Shown here one piece after another: positions 37,968 to 47,292 of a DNA stretch of 64,000 bases. How positions within the stretch are numbered: the stretch's first letter is position 1; each line of letters begins with the position of its first letter. The stretch lies in the NCBI GenBank assembly GCA_963700285.1, contig CAVOXA010000014.1, positions 224,001 to 288,000 of the forward strand, in the 5' to 3' direction. A program made the translations under genes and the position numbers. The stretch comes from an uncultured Chloroflexia bacterium. Lineage in GTDB: Bacteria > Chloroflexota > Anaerolineae > JAAYZQ01. The notes under the pieces are model-generated. The model was not told where the DNA came from and did not search any database. It saw only the letters and a list, made by a program, of their open reading frames with translations.

Positions 37968-39587
37968 TTGAAGACAACAAGCCAGACACCCGAACCAAGC
38001 AGCAACCGGCAAGAGCCGCCGGGTTCGCGCGTGTCCCTGGAGGAGGTCGCGCTCTGCCTCCATCCACGGGACAACGTGGCCGTCGCCAAGACCGACCTGC
38101 AGCCGGGTACCTCCCTGGCGCGGACACAACGGCAGCAGGAAGCAGGGTATATTCTTGTGGTTGAGGTCGTGCCTATGGGCCACAAGGTCGCGCTCCGGTC
38201 GATCCCCGCTGGGGAGCCGGTATACAAGTACGGGCAACCCATCGGTTTTGCATCCGAGAGCATCCGGCCAGGACAGCACGTGCACGACCACAACGTGGAC
38301 CCGCAGGCACTGAAGCAGGACTATGCCTTCGGTACAGATGGTGAAGCAGTGGAGGTGGTTCCCAGGGCGCAGAGGCGCACTTTTCTCGGGTTCAAGCGCG
38401 TCGACGGCCGGGTGGGCACCCGCAACTATGTGGTCATCATACCCAGTGTGCATTGCTCGGTCCAGGTCTGCCGCGGGATCGCACGCCATTTCACGTCAGA
38501 ACGCCTGGCACGCTACCCCAACGTGGACGGTGTCCTGGTGCTGACACACACCGCGGGCTGCGGCGGCAGCATGGACTATGCGATCCTGCAGCGCACGCTA
38601 GCCGGCATGGCCCGGCATGCAAACACCGGCGCCTACGTCCTGGTGGGTCTCGGTTGCGAAGGGAACCAGATCGAGCAGATGTCGGCCCAGTATGGGCTGG
38701 CTCGACCGGGGGCCGGCGAGAAGAATGAGAGATCGATTGCTCTAGTGATCCAGGATCTGGGCGGCACGGCAAGGACCGTAAGGGCTGGGATCGACGCGGT
38801 CGCCAGGATGCTGCCGGCGGTGAACGACGTACATAGAACGCCGCAGCCCCTGTCCGAACTCGTGCTGGCCACGCAGTGCGGGGGCAGTGACGGCTGGTCG
38901 GGTATCACGGCCAACCCATTGGTGGGCCGGGTCGCCGATCTGATCGTACGTCAGGGCGGCACCGTGGTCCTGTCCGAGACGCCCGAGATCTGCGGGGCGG
39001 AGCACCTGCTGACCCGGCGAGCAGCCTGTCCAGAGGTTGGTCAGGAACTGCTGGCCAGGCTGCGTTGGTGGGAGGATTATGTTCAGCGCCAGGGAACGGT
39101 GCTGGACAACAACCCCGGTCCGGGAAACCGGGCCGGCGGCATCAGCAACATCTATGAGAAGTCGCTGGGCGCCATTGCCAAGAGCGGCAGCACACCGCTT
39201 ATGGCTGTTTATGACTATGCCAGCCCCCTGGACGAGCAGGGATTGGTATTTATGGACGCACCCGGCGATGACGCCGTATCGATCACAGGCATGGTGGCCG
39301 GGGGCTGCAACCTGGTGGTGTTCACCACAGGGCGGGGCTCCGTATCTGGCTCCGAAGTAGCGCCCTGCATCAAGGTCTGCTCGAACTCGATCACCTACGA
39401 GCGCATGGCGGAGGACATGGACCTGAACGCTGGCCTGCTGCTGGAACTGGGGGTCGGTCCCGAGGCGCTGGCGGCAGAGCTGCTTGACCTGGTCATTGCT
39501 GTTGCCTCCGGCCAGCCTTCCAAGAGCGAGCGACTGTACGTAGGCGAGGGGGAATTCATGCCCTGGATACCTACCGGCACCATCTGA
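37968..39587 (+). CDS. uxaA: UxaA/GarD-family sugar-acid dehydratase (altronate dehydratase-like)
   Basis: SAF domain (DNVAVA, GHKVAL, KYGQPIG, HVHDHN), VGTRNY, GLGCE, QCGGSD, EKSLG, FTTGRG. Confidence 0.85.
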   Translation: MKTTSQTPEPSSNRQEPPGSRVSLEEVALCLHPRDNVAVAKTDLQPGTSLARTQRQQEAGYILVVEVVPMGHKVALRSIPAGEPVYKYGQPIGFASESIRPGQHVHDHNVDPQALKQDYAFGTDGEAVEVVPRAQRRTFLGFKRVDGRVGTRNYVVIIPSVHCSVQVCRGIARHFTSERLARYPNVDGVLVLTHTAGCGGSMDYAILQRTLAGMARHANTGAYVLVGLGCEGNQIEQMSAQYGLARPGAGEKNERSIALVIQDLGGTARTVRAGIDAVARMLPAVNDVHRTPQPLSELVLATQCGGSDGWSGITANPLVGRVADLIVRQGGTVVLSETPEICGAEHLLTRRAACPEVGQELLARLRWWEDYVQRQGTVLDNNPGPGNRAGGISNIYEKSLGAIAKSGSTPLMAVYDYASPLDEQGLVFMDAPGDDAVSITGMVAGGCNLVVFTTGRGSVSGSEVAPCIKVCSNSITYERMAEDMDLNAGLLLELGVGPEALAAELLDLVIAVASGQPSKSERLYVGEGEFMPWIPTGTI

Positions 39588-39699
39588 GGATAGACAGGTC
39601 AAACGAAAGGCGAATGCTGCTTGTGGATTCAGGCTGAGGCCGCCAGACCTGGTCCCCGAAAACCGCCCTGCCTATGACTAGAGGAGATCCAGATCAAAG

Positions 39700-40521
39700 A
39701 TGAGCAAGCTTCACTATCCGTTCCCGTTGGCGATCCAGACGATCCTGCCCGAGGACTATCGGGAACCCGGTTTTCGGACAAAACTCGAGTTGCTCCAGCA
39801 GTTCGGCTTCTCCGGGATCGAGCTGAACATGGCAAGGCCCGAGCAGGTAGATCCCCTTGACCTCAAGGCGCTGCTAGCGGACCACGGTCTGAGGATGACC
39901 ATGTTTGCCTCGGGGGCCACAGCCAAGGCTGAAGGCCTTTCCCTGTCTCACGAGGACGAGCGCGTTCGTACAGAATCCATCCAAAGATGCATCGAGTTCC
40001 TGGACTTTGCGGCGGAATATGAGGCTGGCGTCATCGCCGGCTTTCTCAAGGGCCCTGCCAGTACCGACAAGGCCCGCGCTCGTGCGCTCTTTCGGGATTC
40101 GCTCATCCAGTTGGAGCCCCACGTTCGGGAGAAACGGGTCCCGCTGCTCATCGAGGCGACCAACCATCACGAATCTTCGGTGGCCAACTCGCTGGAAGAG
40201 GCGGCCGGCTTTTTCGATGGCTTTGAGAACCCGTACCTGCGCATCCTGCCCGATACCTACCACATGAACATCGAGGAGAGCAGCATGTACGGCGCCCTGG
40301 TGAAATACGCGGGCCTGTACCAGTCGGTTCATATCTCTGACAACAACCGCTTCTTCCCGGGTCTGGGCGCCATCGACTTTTACGCGATGTTCCGCTTCCT
40401 GAAAGAGATCGGCTATACGGGCAGTGTGGGCATCGAGGGCAATCTCCGCCATGGCTTTGAAGAGGATCTGAAAGCCTGCATGCGCCTGCTCCAACCGATG
40501 CTCCTACAACTCCAAGGCTAG
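39700..40521 (+). CDS. Sugar phosphate isomerase/epimerase (xylose-isomerase-like TIM barrel)
   Basis: LLIEATNHHE, DTYHMNIEE, HISDNNRFFPGLGAIDF, GIE. Confidence 0.85.
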   Translation: MSKLHYPFPLAIQTILPEDYREPGFRTKLELLQQFGFSGIELNMARPEQVDPLDLKALLADHGLRMTMFASGATAKAEGLSLSHEDERVRTESIQRCIEFLDFAAEYEAGVIAGFLKGPASTDKARARALFRDSLIQLEPHVREKRVPLLIEATNHHESSVANSLEEAAGFFDGFENPYLRILPDTYHMNIEESSMYGALVKYAGLYQSVHISDNNRFFPGLGAIDFYAMFRFLKEIGYTGSVGIEGNLRHGFEEDLKACMRLLQPMLLQLQG

Positions 40522-40570
40522 ATTGGCGCGGCCTACCGAGCTGGATTGGTCCGAGTTCCGAAAACTGGCC

Positions 40571-41548
40571 TTAAGTCAGGAACTGCTTGGCAACCTTGGT
40601 TACGTAGGTAAAGGTTGGATTGACAACGGCCGTGCAACGCGCCTCCAAGACCTGACCCAGGAGCAGGTAGGCGTCGATCCTCGAGAAACAGTAGTCCTCC
40701 TCCAGCCAGAGGATCAGCGACTCCAGCGCGTAGCGAAACGCATCCTCACAGGGACGGGCCATCGCCAGCGTGGCGATGTGGCCGTCATTCACCAGGCGGG
40801 GCCAGTAGAAACTCTTGGGCCTGGGGGCCAGCTCCACGCTGATCCGCACCCGGCCACTGGTCTCGATACCGCCCGCGCCGCAGATTTCGCCGTCGCCCTG
40901 GATGGCGTGCATGTCACCGATGTGCAGCAAGGCCCCCTCGACGTTCACGCCCAGCATCAGGGTCGCGCCGGTGGTCACCTCCTGGGCGTCAAGATTGCCT
41001 CCCCAGTAGCCGGCCCAGCCATTGTGATAGCGCTCGCGAGCGGGCGCCACACCGATGCAGCCAATCATGGGGCGCGCCGGCAGTTTCAGGCTGTCGCTCC
41101 AATGGATCAGGCCATCCCCGATCTCGACGACCTTGTGCCCGGGTCCGAGGCCATTGGCCCCGAACCAGCCAGGAAGCGTGCCGTTGTTGCCTGGATAGTT
41201 GGTATAGCCCAGCGGGTCCAGGTCGATTTCGCCGATGTGGACGAGCAGCACGTCTCCCGGCGCCGCGCCCTCGACATAGATGCAGCCGCTGGAGGGGTTG
41301 CCGCTGGGCAGCCCGGCCGGCACGAACCAGGGAAGGGACCAGTCGGGGCCGAACATGTTTCCCACCGGCTGGGCGCCATCGTTCAGCTTGTCGCGGAGCG
41401 ACTGCCCGTCGGGATGGCCGTCCAGCCAGGGCCCCCGGTTCATCTGTGTCTCAACCTCGAACTCTTCTCCCGGCTCCACCCGCAGCGTGACCGGGTTGTC
41501 GCGGCCGGTCTCAAAGTATAGGATTTCTTTGGTTGCTCTTTTCATCAT
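40571..41548 (-). CDS. Acetamidase/formamidase-family protein
   Basis: IYVEGAAPGDVL, PMIGCIGVAP, GGNLD, GDMHAIQGDGEICG. Confidence 0.88.
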   Translation of the reverse strand: MMKRATKEILYFETGRDNPVTLRVEPGEEFEVETQMNRGPWLDGHPDGQSLRDKLNDGAQPVGNMFGPDWSLPWFVPAGLPSGNPSSGCIYVEGAAPGDVLLVHIGEIDLDPLGYTNYPGNNGTLPGWFGANGLGPGHKVVEIGDGLIHWSDSLKLPARPMIGCIGVAPARERYHNGWAGYWGGNLDAQEVTTGATLMLGVNVEGALLHIGDMHAIQGDGEICGAGGIETSGRVRISVELAPRPKSFYWPRLVNDGHIATLAMARPCEDAFRYALESLILWLEEDYCFSRIDAYLLLGQVLEARCTAVVNPTFTYVTKVAKQFLT

Positions 41549-41616
41549 GAACCCCCGGGAAGCAATTCGGTTTCCACGACACCAACGCCACAGACTCGAA
41601 GCGGAGTTCACATCCT

Positions 41617-41645
41617 ATCATAGGCTCTGGGAATGAGCAAGTCAA
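41617..41645 (-). promoter_or_regulatory. Sigma70-type promoter for the acetamidase gene
   Basis: TTGACT-17-TATGAT on the minus strand. Confidence 0.6.
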
Positions 41646-41773
41646 GCCGGGCACATCCAGTCTTCTTGAGGGCGAGTCGTTTCTAATCGGGCGTGTCCTG
41701 AAGAACCATCCTTTGGCGCGGTCGGGCGCATGGCCAGAATCGCCCCAATCCATCTGATCGGGCCAAGCGGCAC

Positions 41774-41802
41774 TTGACAAAGCACTGGGGATCAGGTATA
41801 AT
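41774..41802 (+). promoter_or_regulatory. Consensus sigma70 promoter of the LacI-sugar operon
   Basis: TTGACA (41774-41779), 17 bp, TATAAT (41797-41802). Confidence 0.85.
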
Positions 41803-41813
41803 ATAGCTGTCCA

Positions 41814-41868
41814 TGAAAACGATACCATAGCATCGTTTTCATGGAACGGTTCCATTGTATCGTTTTCA
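41814..41868. promoter_or_regulatory. Four contiguous LacI-type operator boxes
   Basis: TGAAAACGATACCA, TAGCATCGTTTTCA, TGGAACGGTTCCA, TTGTATCGTTTTCA: central CG pseudo-palindromes directly after the promoter. Confidence 0.7.
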
Positions 41869-41911
41869 GACTCGAGATCTCGGAAGGTTTCAAGTCTGGA
41901 AGGAGCCACCG

Positions 41912-44095
41912 TTGCCGACCATCAGCGATGTTGCACGGCAAGCAGATGTATCCCCAGCCACGGTTTCGCGTGTGATCCAGGGCGCCAGAAACGTGAACCC
42001 GGCAACGCGTGAACGGGTCGAGCATGCAATCGAGGAGCTGGGCTATGTCCCCAGCGCTGTGGCCCGGAGCCTCCGCTCCAAGCGCACCCGCTCCCTCGCC
42101 CTGGTCGTGTCCGACATCACCAACACCTTCTGGACAACCATCGCCCGCGGCGTCGAAGACGTAGCCCAACAGCATGGCTATTCCGTCCTCCTCTGCAACA
42201 CCGACGAAAACCTCTCCAAGCAGCAGCAGTATCTGGATTTGCTGATTGGCCAGCAGGTGGACGGCGTCATCATTGCGCCCTTTGACTCGGATGCCCAACA
42301 CCTCGACAAGTTGCGCAGGCGCAAGATCCCTACTGTGGTCATCGACCGTCGCATCGAGGGCTGGGACGTCGATTCGGTGAGCGGCGATTCGCTATCTGGC
42401 GCGCGAGCACTTGTGCGGCACCTGATCGGTCTGGGCCACAGGCGGATCGCCGTGGTATCCGGCCCGGCCATCACCTCCACGGCCGAGGATCGCGTTGCGG
42501 GCTACTGCATGGCCCTGGCCGAGGCAGGCATTGCCCTTGAGCCGCGGTTGATCAAGCGCGGAGAATACAGAAATGTCTCCGGCGAGACCCTGACCCACCA
42601 ATTGATGGACGAAGGGTCGCAACCGACGGCCATCTTTGCGGCAAACAATCTAATCGCCATGGGCGTCATCGATGCCCTGGAGAAGCGGGGATTGCGGGTT
42701 CCACAGGACATTGCCCTGGTCTCTTTCGACGACCTGCCCAATGCCTCCCACCTCTTTCCCTTTCTGACGGTCGTGGCGCAGCCCGTGTACGATATGGGGG
42801 TCAACGCTGCCCAATTGCTGCTCAGCCGGCTGGACGCGGAAGTGCCCCTACGCCCCAGGCAGGTGATCCTTCCCGTTCGCCTGATCGTACGTCACTCCTG
42901 CGGCAGCAGCCTGGCTGGAAACGGCCGCAGCCAGCTCAGTCTACCAATCCCGCCGAACGCAGCGGAGCGAAGCACGATGGTCAGGCCACTCAGCGACGAG
43001 GAACGGCGCGGTCTCTCGAGCTACCTGGTGGGGGTGGCAGCACAAGTCTCTAGCGGACTCCCACGACTGTCCGACTATGACAAGTCTGACGTCAGCCGCC
43101 TGTTGAAGGCACTTCAGCACCAGGTCGCGGACCGTGTACCGCACCTGGAGTTGACGGTAGACAGCCGGGCCGTATACGAATATGTATTGGAGCACGAACT
43201 GGAGCAGGGTCTGCAAGATGCCAATACCGGAGGGCTGTCGATCACCCCCGAGGATCACGTCGAGTTCGCCCTGCGGCTGGGCATGGACGCAGTCCCGTGC
43301 AGCTTTGACTGGCAACCCCGGAGCACCGCCCGTGAACCAGGCTCGCCCGGTGAGATCGAGCCTCCCCCTTCGCTGGCAGCCCAGATCAGTCACCTGGAAC
43401 GCTATCTGCGTGCCGTTCAGGGGACCCGGGTCGGCATCATCGCCCGGTTCAGCTCTTTTTTTGGCGCCGCCCTTCGTGCTGCAGGCATCATCGACGCACC
43501 GCAGCGCTATCTTGAGAACCGGTCGTCGACCCAAGATCTTATGGACACGCTGCTGGAGCGCCAGGAGCGCGTCATGCGCGCGATCTGCGATCGCTTTGCC
43601 GATGAACTGGCGCTGGTCATGGTCGATGAAGAGCTCGCCTTGAGCAGCATGCTAGCCATGGAGCCCGAGACCTTCATGTCCGTCTTTCCGCAGCGCATGG
43701 AGCGGCTGATCGCGCCCGCCAAGGACCACGGTAAGCTGTTGCTAATCCACACCAGGGACAAGCTGGCCCCGGTGCTGCCTATTTTGCACGAACTTGGCTT
43801 CAATGGGGTCCATCCCATCGAACCAGAATGCAACGATATTCTTGCGATCAAGCGGCAATGGGCCGGAAAGCTCGCACTCGTGGGAAACATTCCTACGCCT
43901 TTGCTGGCGCAAGGCAGCCAGGATCAGATCGAGCAGAGCGTGAAGGAACATTGCGTTCAGTTGGCTCTCGGCGGAGGATATGTATTGGGTTCCGCTGGCG
44001 GCATCACAGCCGAAATCCCGCCAGAAAGTTTCGTGGCCATGACGCGCGCCGTCCACAAGTACGGGCGTTTTGCGGCCCTGGGCCGAGAGACATGA
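41912..44095 (+). CDS. LacI-family repressor fused to a C-terminal uroporphyrinogen-decarboxylase/MtaA-like domain
   Basis: TISDVARQADVSPATVSRV HTH and sugar-binding core ending LIVRHSCG. Continues in frame as ADRVPHLEL...GVHPIEP...LALVGNI...GGGYVLGS...IPPESFVAM. Confidence 0.85.
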   Translation: MPTISDVARQADVSPATVSRVIQGARNVNPATRERVEHAIEELGYVPSAVARSLRSKRTRSLALVVSDITNTFWTTIARGVEDVAQQHGYSVLLCNTDENLSKQQQYLDLLIGQQVDGVIIAPFDSDAQHLDKLRRRKIPTVVIDRRIEGWDVDSVSGDSLSGARALVRHLIGLGHRRIAVVSGPAITSTAEDRVAGYCMALAEAGIALEPRLIKRGEYRNVSGETLTHQLMDEGSQPTAIFAANNLIAMGVIDALEKRGLRVPQDIALVSFDDLPNASHLFPFLTVVAQPVYDMGVNAAQLLLSRLDAEVPLRPRQVILPVRLIVRHSCGSSLAGNGRSQLSLPIPPNAAERSTMVRPLSDEERRGLSSYLVGVAAQVSSGLPRLSDYDKSDVSRLLKALQHQVADRVPHLELTVDSRAVYEYVLEHELEQGLQDANTGGLSITPEDHVEFALRLGMDAVPCSFDWQPRSTAREPGSPGEIEPPPSLAAQISHLERYLRAVQGTRVGIIARFSSFFGAALRAAGIIDAPQRYLENRSSTQDLMDTLLERQERVMRAICDRFADELALVMVDEELALSSMLAMEPETFMSVFPQRMERLIAPAKDHGKLLLIHTRDKLAPVLPILHELGFNGVHPIEPECNDILAIKRQWAGKLALVGNIPTPLLAQGSQDQIEQSVKEHCVQLALGGGYVLGSAGGITAEIPPESFVAMTRAVHKYGRFAALGRET

Positions 44096-44471
44096 GGGCT
44101 GTGCGGAACATGCAGGGCTATGCCCGGCCAGGCCAGCGACCATTGAGGGGTCCATGGTGCGCTTTCACGAGGGCTCAGAATGGCGTAGGGGACAAGAAGC
44201 CCGTACGCGCCTTGCCCATGCTGCTGTCCAGAGTGCATGGCAGCGGGTGACGAAAGGGGGTGATAGCGAGCAAAGTAGCCGTCCTGACCGAGTTGGCCAG
44301 TACAAGCCACTGGCTTGTCCGGGAAGCGATGGCCATCGGAGTTGAGGGCTTGTCTCTGGCAGGTTCGTTTGGCACAAGGCAGATCCAGGGCAAGCGACCT
44401 AGACATTGGGGGCCTGGCACGAAACCCGCCCCCACAAGATCCGCACAACATAGAGTGAGGAGGAGGTTGTC

Positions 44472-46109
44472 ATGAAGAAGCTTTGGACAATGGTCGTACT
44501 ACTGGTAGTGATTGCCCTGCTGGCCGCCTGTGCGGCACCGGAGCCCGAGGTGGTCGAAAAGCTCGTCGAAAAGGTCGTCACCCAGGTAGTTGAGAAACAA
44601 GTCGAGGTCGAGAAGGTCGTCACCCAGGTGGTCGAGGTCGAGAAACAAGTCGAAAAAGTCGTCACCCAGGTGGTCGAGGTCGAAAAACAGGTCGAGGTGA
44701 CTGCCATGCCGGCGGCCAAGCCCTACGAGGGCGTGGAGATCAACGTCCTTACCTTCACCGGCCCGCAGATCGCCGAGCCGCTGCAGCGGCGCGGACCCGA
44801 CTTTGAGGCGTTGACGGGAGCCAAGGTCAACGTCATCATCGTGCCCTTCAGCGACCTGTATCAGAAGATCCTGACCGATGCAGCGACCGGGACCAACGCC
44901 TTTGACTCCTGGGTCTTTGCGCCCCAGTGGATGGTCGACTTTATCGTCCCGGGGTACGTCGAGGATCTGACCGATCGCATTGCCAATGATCCGGCCCTCC
45001 AGTGGGAGGATGTCGCACCTTTCTTCCGCGACTTTAGCGCCTCCTACGAAGGCCACATCTACACCATCCCGCTGGACGGCGATTTCCACATGGGCTACTA
45101 CCGCACCGACCTGATCGATTCGCCGCCGGCAACCTGGGATGACTACCTGGCCCTCTCCGCCGAATGGCACGGCAAGGATCTCAATGGAGACGGCGACCCA
45201 GACTATGGTTCCTGCATCTCCAAAAAGCGCGGCGCCCAGGCCTACTGGTTCATCACGGACATCGCCGCGTCGATGATCCAGACCCAGGGCACAGGCCAAG
45301 GTGCATTCTTTGACCTGGAGACCATGGAACCCCTGGTGAATAACGAAGCCTTTGCCAAAGCGCTGGAGATCTACAACGAGACGACCCAGTACGGCCCGCC
45401 CGACGAGTTGAATCTGGACGTGGGTGACACCCGCAGCCTCTTCACCTCGGGCCGTTGCGCCCTCTCGCTGGACTGGGGCGACATCGGCACGCTGGCCATC
45501 GATCCTGATACCTCGGTGGTCCAGGACAAGACGGGGGCCTATATTCTACCGGGTTCCACAGAGGTGCTGGATCGCGCAACGGGCGCGCTGGTACCCTGTG
45601 ACGAGAACACCTGCCCCTACGCCATCGACGGCGTGAACCACGCGCCCTTTGCGGCCTATGGCGGCTGGTCCGGCGGCATCAATGCAGGCGCCGACGACCT
45701 GGTCAAGGATGCGGCCTACGACTTTTTCTCCTACATGGCCCAGCCAGCCCAGGCCAACGTCGACGTCACCATCGGCAAGACCGGCTACAATCCCTACCGA
45801 ACCTCCCAGTTCCTCAACCGGCAGGCTTGGGTGGAGGCGGGTATGAGCCCTGAGGCGGCCAGCAACTATCTGGGCGCCATCGAGGGCAGTCTGGCCAGCC
45901 CCAACATGGTTCTCGACCTGCGCATCCCGCAGAACCAGCGCTACCAGCAGGTCGTCCTCGATCAGGCCGTCAGCCAGTACCTGGCCGGCGAGATCGGCCT
46001 GGAAGAAGCCATGCAGCAGATCTATGACGGGTGGGAAGAGATAACCGAGGAACTTGGACGTGCGGAACAGCTCGCAGCCTATCGTGGAACTCTCGGCGTG
46101 GAAAAATAG
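44472..46109 (+). CDS. ABC sugar transporter substrate-binding lipoprotein
   Basis: Lipobox LLAAC, VEKVVTQVVEVEKQ linker repeats, family-1 SBP core (PPATWDDY, PLDGD). Confidence 0.9.
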   Translation: MKKLWTMVVLLVVIALLAACAAPEPEVVEKLVEKVVTQVVEKQVEVEKVVTQVVEVEKQVEKVVTQVVEVEKQVEVTAMPAAKPYEGVEINVLTFTGPQIAEPLQRRGPDFEALTGAKVNVIIVPFSDLYQKILTDAATGTNAFDSWVFAPQWMVDFIVPGYVEDLTDRIANDPALQWEDVAPFFRDFSASYEGHIYTIPLDGDFHMGYYRTDLIDSPPATWDDYLALSAEWHGKDLNGDGDPDYGSCISKKRGAQAYWFITDIAASMIQTQGTGQGAFFDLETMEPLVNNEAFAKALEIYNETTQYGPPDELNLDVGDTRSLFTSGRCALSLDWGDIGTLAIDPDTSVVQDKTGAYILPGSTEVLDRATGALVPCDENTCPYAIDGVNHAPFAAYGGWSGGINAGADDLVKDAAYDFFSYMAQPAQANVDVTIGKTGYNPYRTSQFLNRQAWVEAGMSPEAASNYLGAIEGSLASPNMVLDLRIPQNQRYQQVVLDQAVSQYLAGEIGLEEAMQQIYDGWEEITEELGRAEQLAAYRGTLGVEK

Positions 46110-46134
46110 GCTCGTTGAGTCGAATAGATGATCT

Positions 46135-46165
46135 CAAGGCCCGGCCCGTTCTGGGCCGGGCCTTG
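46135..46165 (+). terminator. Intercistronic stem-loop after the SBP gene (stabiliser or partial terminator)
   Basis: 13-bp stem CAAGGCCCGGCCC/GGGCCGGGCCTTG, no long U-tract. Confidence 0.5.
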
Positions 46166-46193
46166 GATGCCGAGACGCGAGGAGGGAGGGAAC

Positions 46194-47288
46194 ATGCGCA
46201 GACGGTCAGGATGGTCAGACAGGGTGGCTGGCAACGTCTTTATCCTACCAGCCGTTCTGGTCGTGCTAGTGCTTGCCATCTTTCCTCTGTTGGTCTCGCT
46301 TTATATGTCACTCACCCGCTTCAAGTTCGTCAAGGGCGGGTTCGAATTCAAATGGGTGGGCCTGGCCAACTTTGAGAGGCTGCTTCTCGGCAGCGAGCAG
46401 AGCCACTTTCTCGGCAAGTTGTCCAGCCCGTCGCCCCTCGGCTGGGTGATCTTGGGAGTGGTAGCCGGGTCGCTGCTCTACGGGCTGCTGCGTTATTTCC
46501 GCAGCGGGCAGATCTCTGTGGTGGGCTCAGTCGGTCGCTTCTTCGTCTCGATCCTGGCCCTCCTGAGCACGTACCTCATTGTCGCCACGCTCAGCCCAGG
46601 AGGCAGGCCAGGCACACTGGTCGTTACCTGGATCTATGTCTTTGTCGGCATCGCCATCCAGTACTGCTTGGGTCTGGGCCTGGCATTGCTGGTCACCCAG
46701 AAACTGCCGGGCAGGCGCTTCTTCCGCGTCGTTTTTTTGCTGCCAATGATGATCACACCGGTGGGCGTCGCCTACCTGTTCCGCATGTTGACCGACACGG
46801 ACAAGGGGCCCTTGCAGCCGATCTGGCAGGCCATGGGACTGGGGCTTTATTCCTGGGTCAACGATCCCTGGGGCGCACGGGTGGCGGTCATGCTGGGAGA
46901 CATCTGGCAGTGGACGCCCTTCATGTTTATCGTGTTGCTGGCTGCCCTGGAGGCCCAGTCAGTGGAACAGATCGAAGCCGCGCTGGTCGACGGGGCCAAC
47001 CGCTGGCAGCTTTTCTGGCGCATCACCTTCCCCCAGATCCTGCCAGTGACCACCACCCTCGTCTTGATCCGCATGATCGAGGCCTTCAAGATCGTTGACC
47101 TGCCCAACGTGCTGACCAACGGCGGGCCAGGCACGGCAACGGAATCATTGACACTGCAATCGTTTATCGCCTGGCGCTCGCTAAACCTGGGGGGCTCGGC
47201 GGCTGTAGCCTACATGTTGCTTTTTGTCGTGACCATTATTGGGATCGCATACGTCAATATCCTGCGGCCCAACATCGTGGAGGGCTAG
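46194..47288 (+). CDS. ABC sugar transporter permease
   Basis: WVGLANF, DIWQWTPF, EAALVDGA (EAA motif), GGPGTATE. Confidence 0.9.
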   Translation: MRRRSGWSDRVAGNVFILPAVLVVLVLAIFPLLVSLYMSLTRFKFVKGGFEFKWVGLANFERLLLGSEQSHFLGKLSSPSPLGWVILGVVAGSLLYGLLRYFRSGQISVVGSVGRFFVSILALLSTYLIVATLSPGGRPGTLVVTWIYVFVGIAIQYCLGLGLALLVTQKLPGRRFFRVVFLLPMMITPVGVAYLFRMLTDTDKGPLQPIWQAMGLGLYSWVNDPWGARVAVMLGDIWQWTPFMFIVLLAALEAQSVEQIEAALVDGANRWQLFWRITFPQILPVTTTLVLIRMIEAFKIVDLPNVLTNGGPGTATESLTLQSFIAWRSLNLGGSAAVAYMLLFVVTIIGIAYVNILRPNIVEG

Positions 47289-47292
47289 GGGC

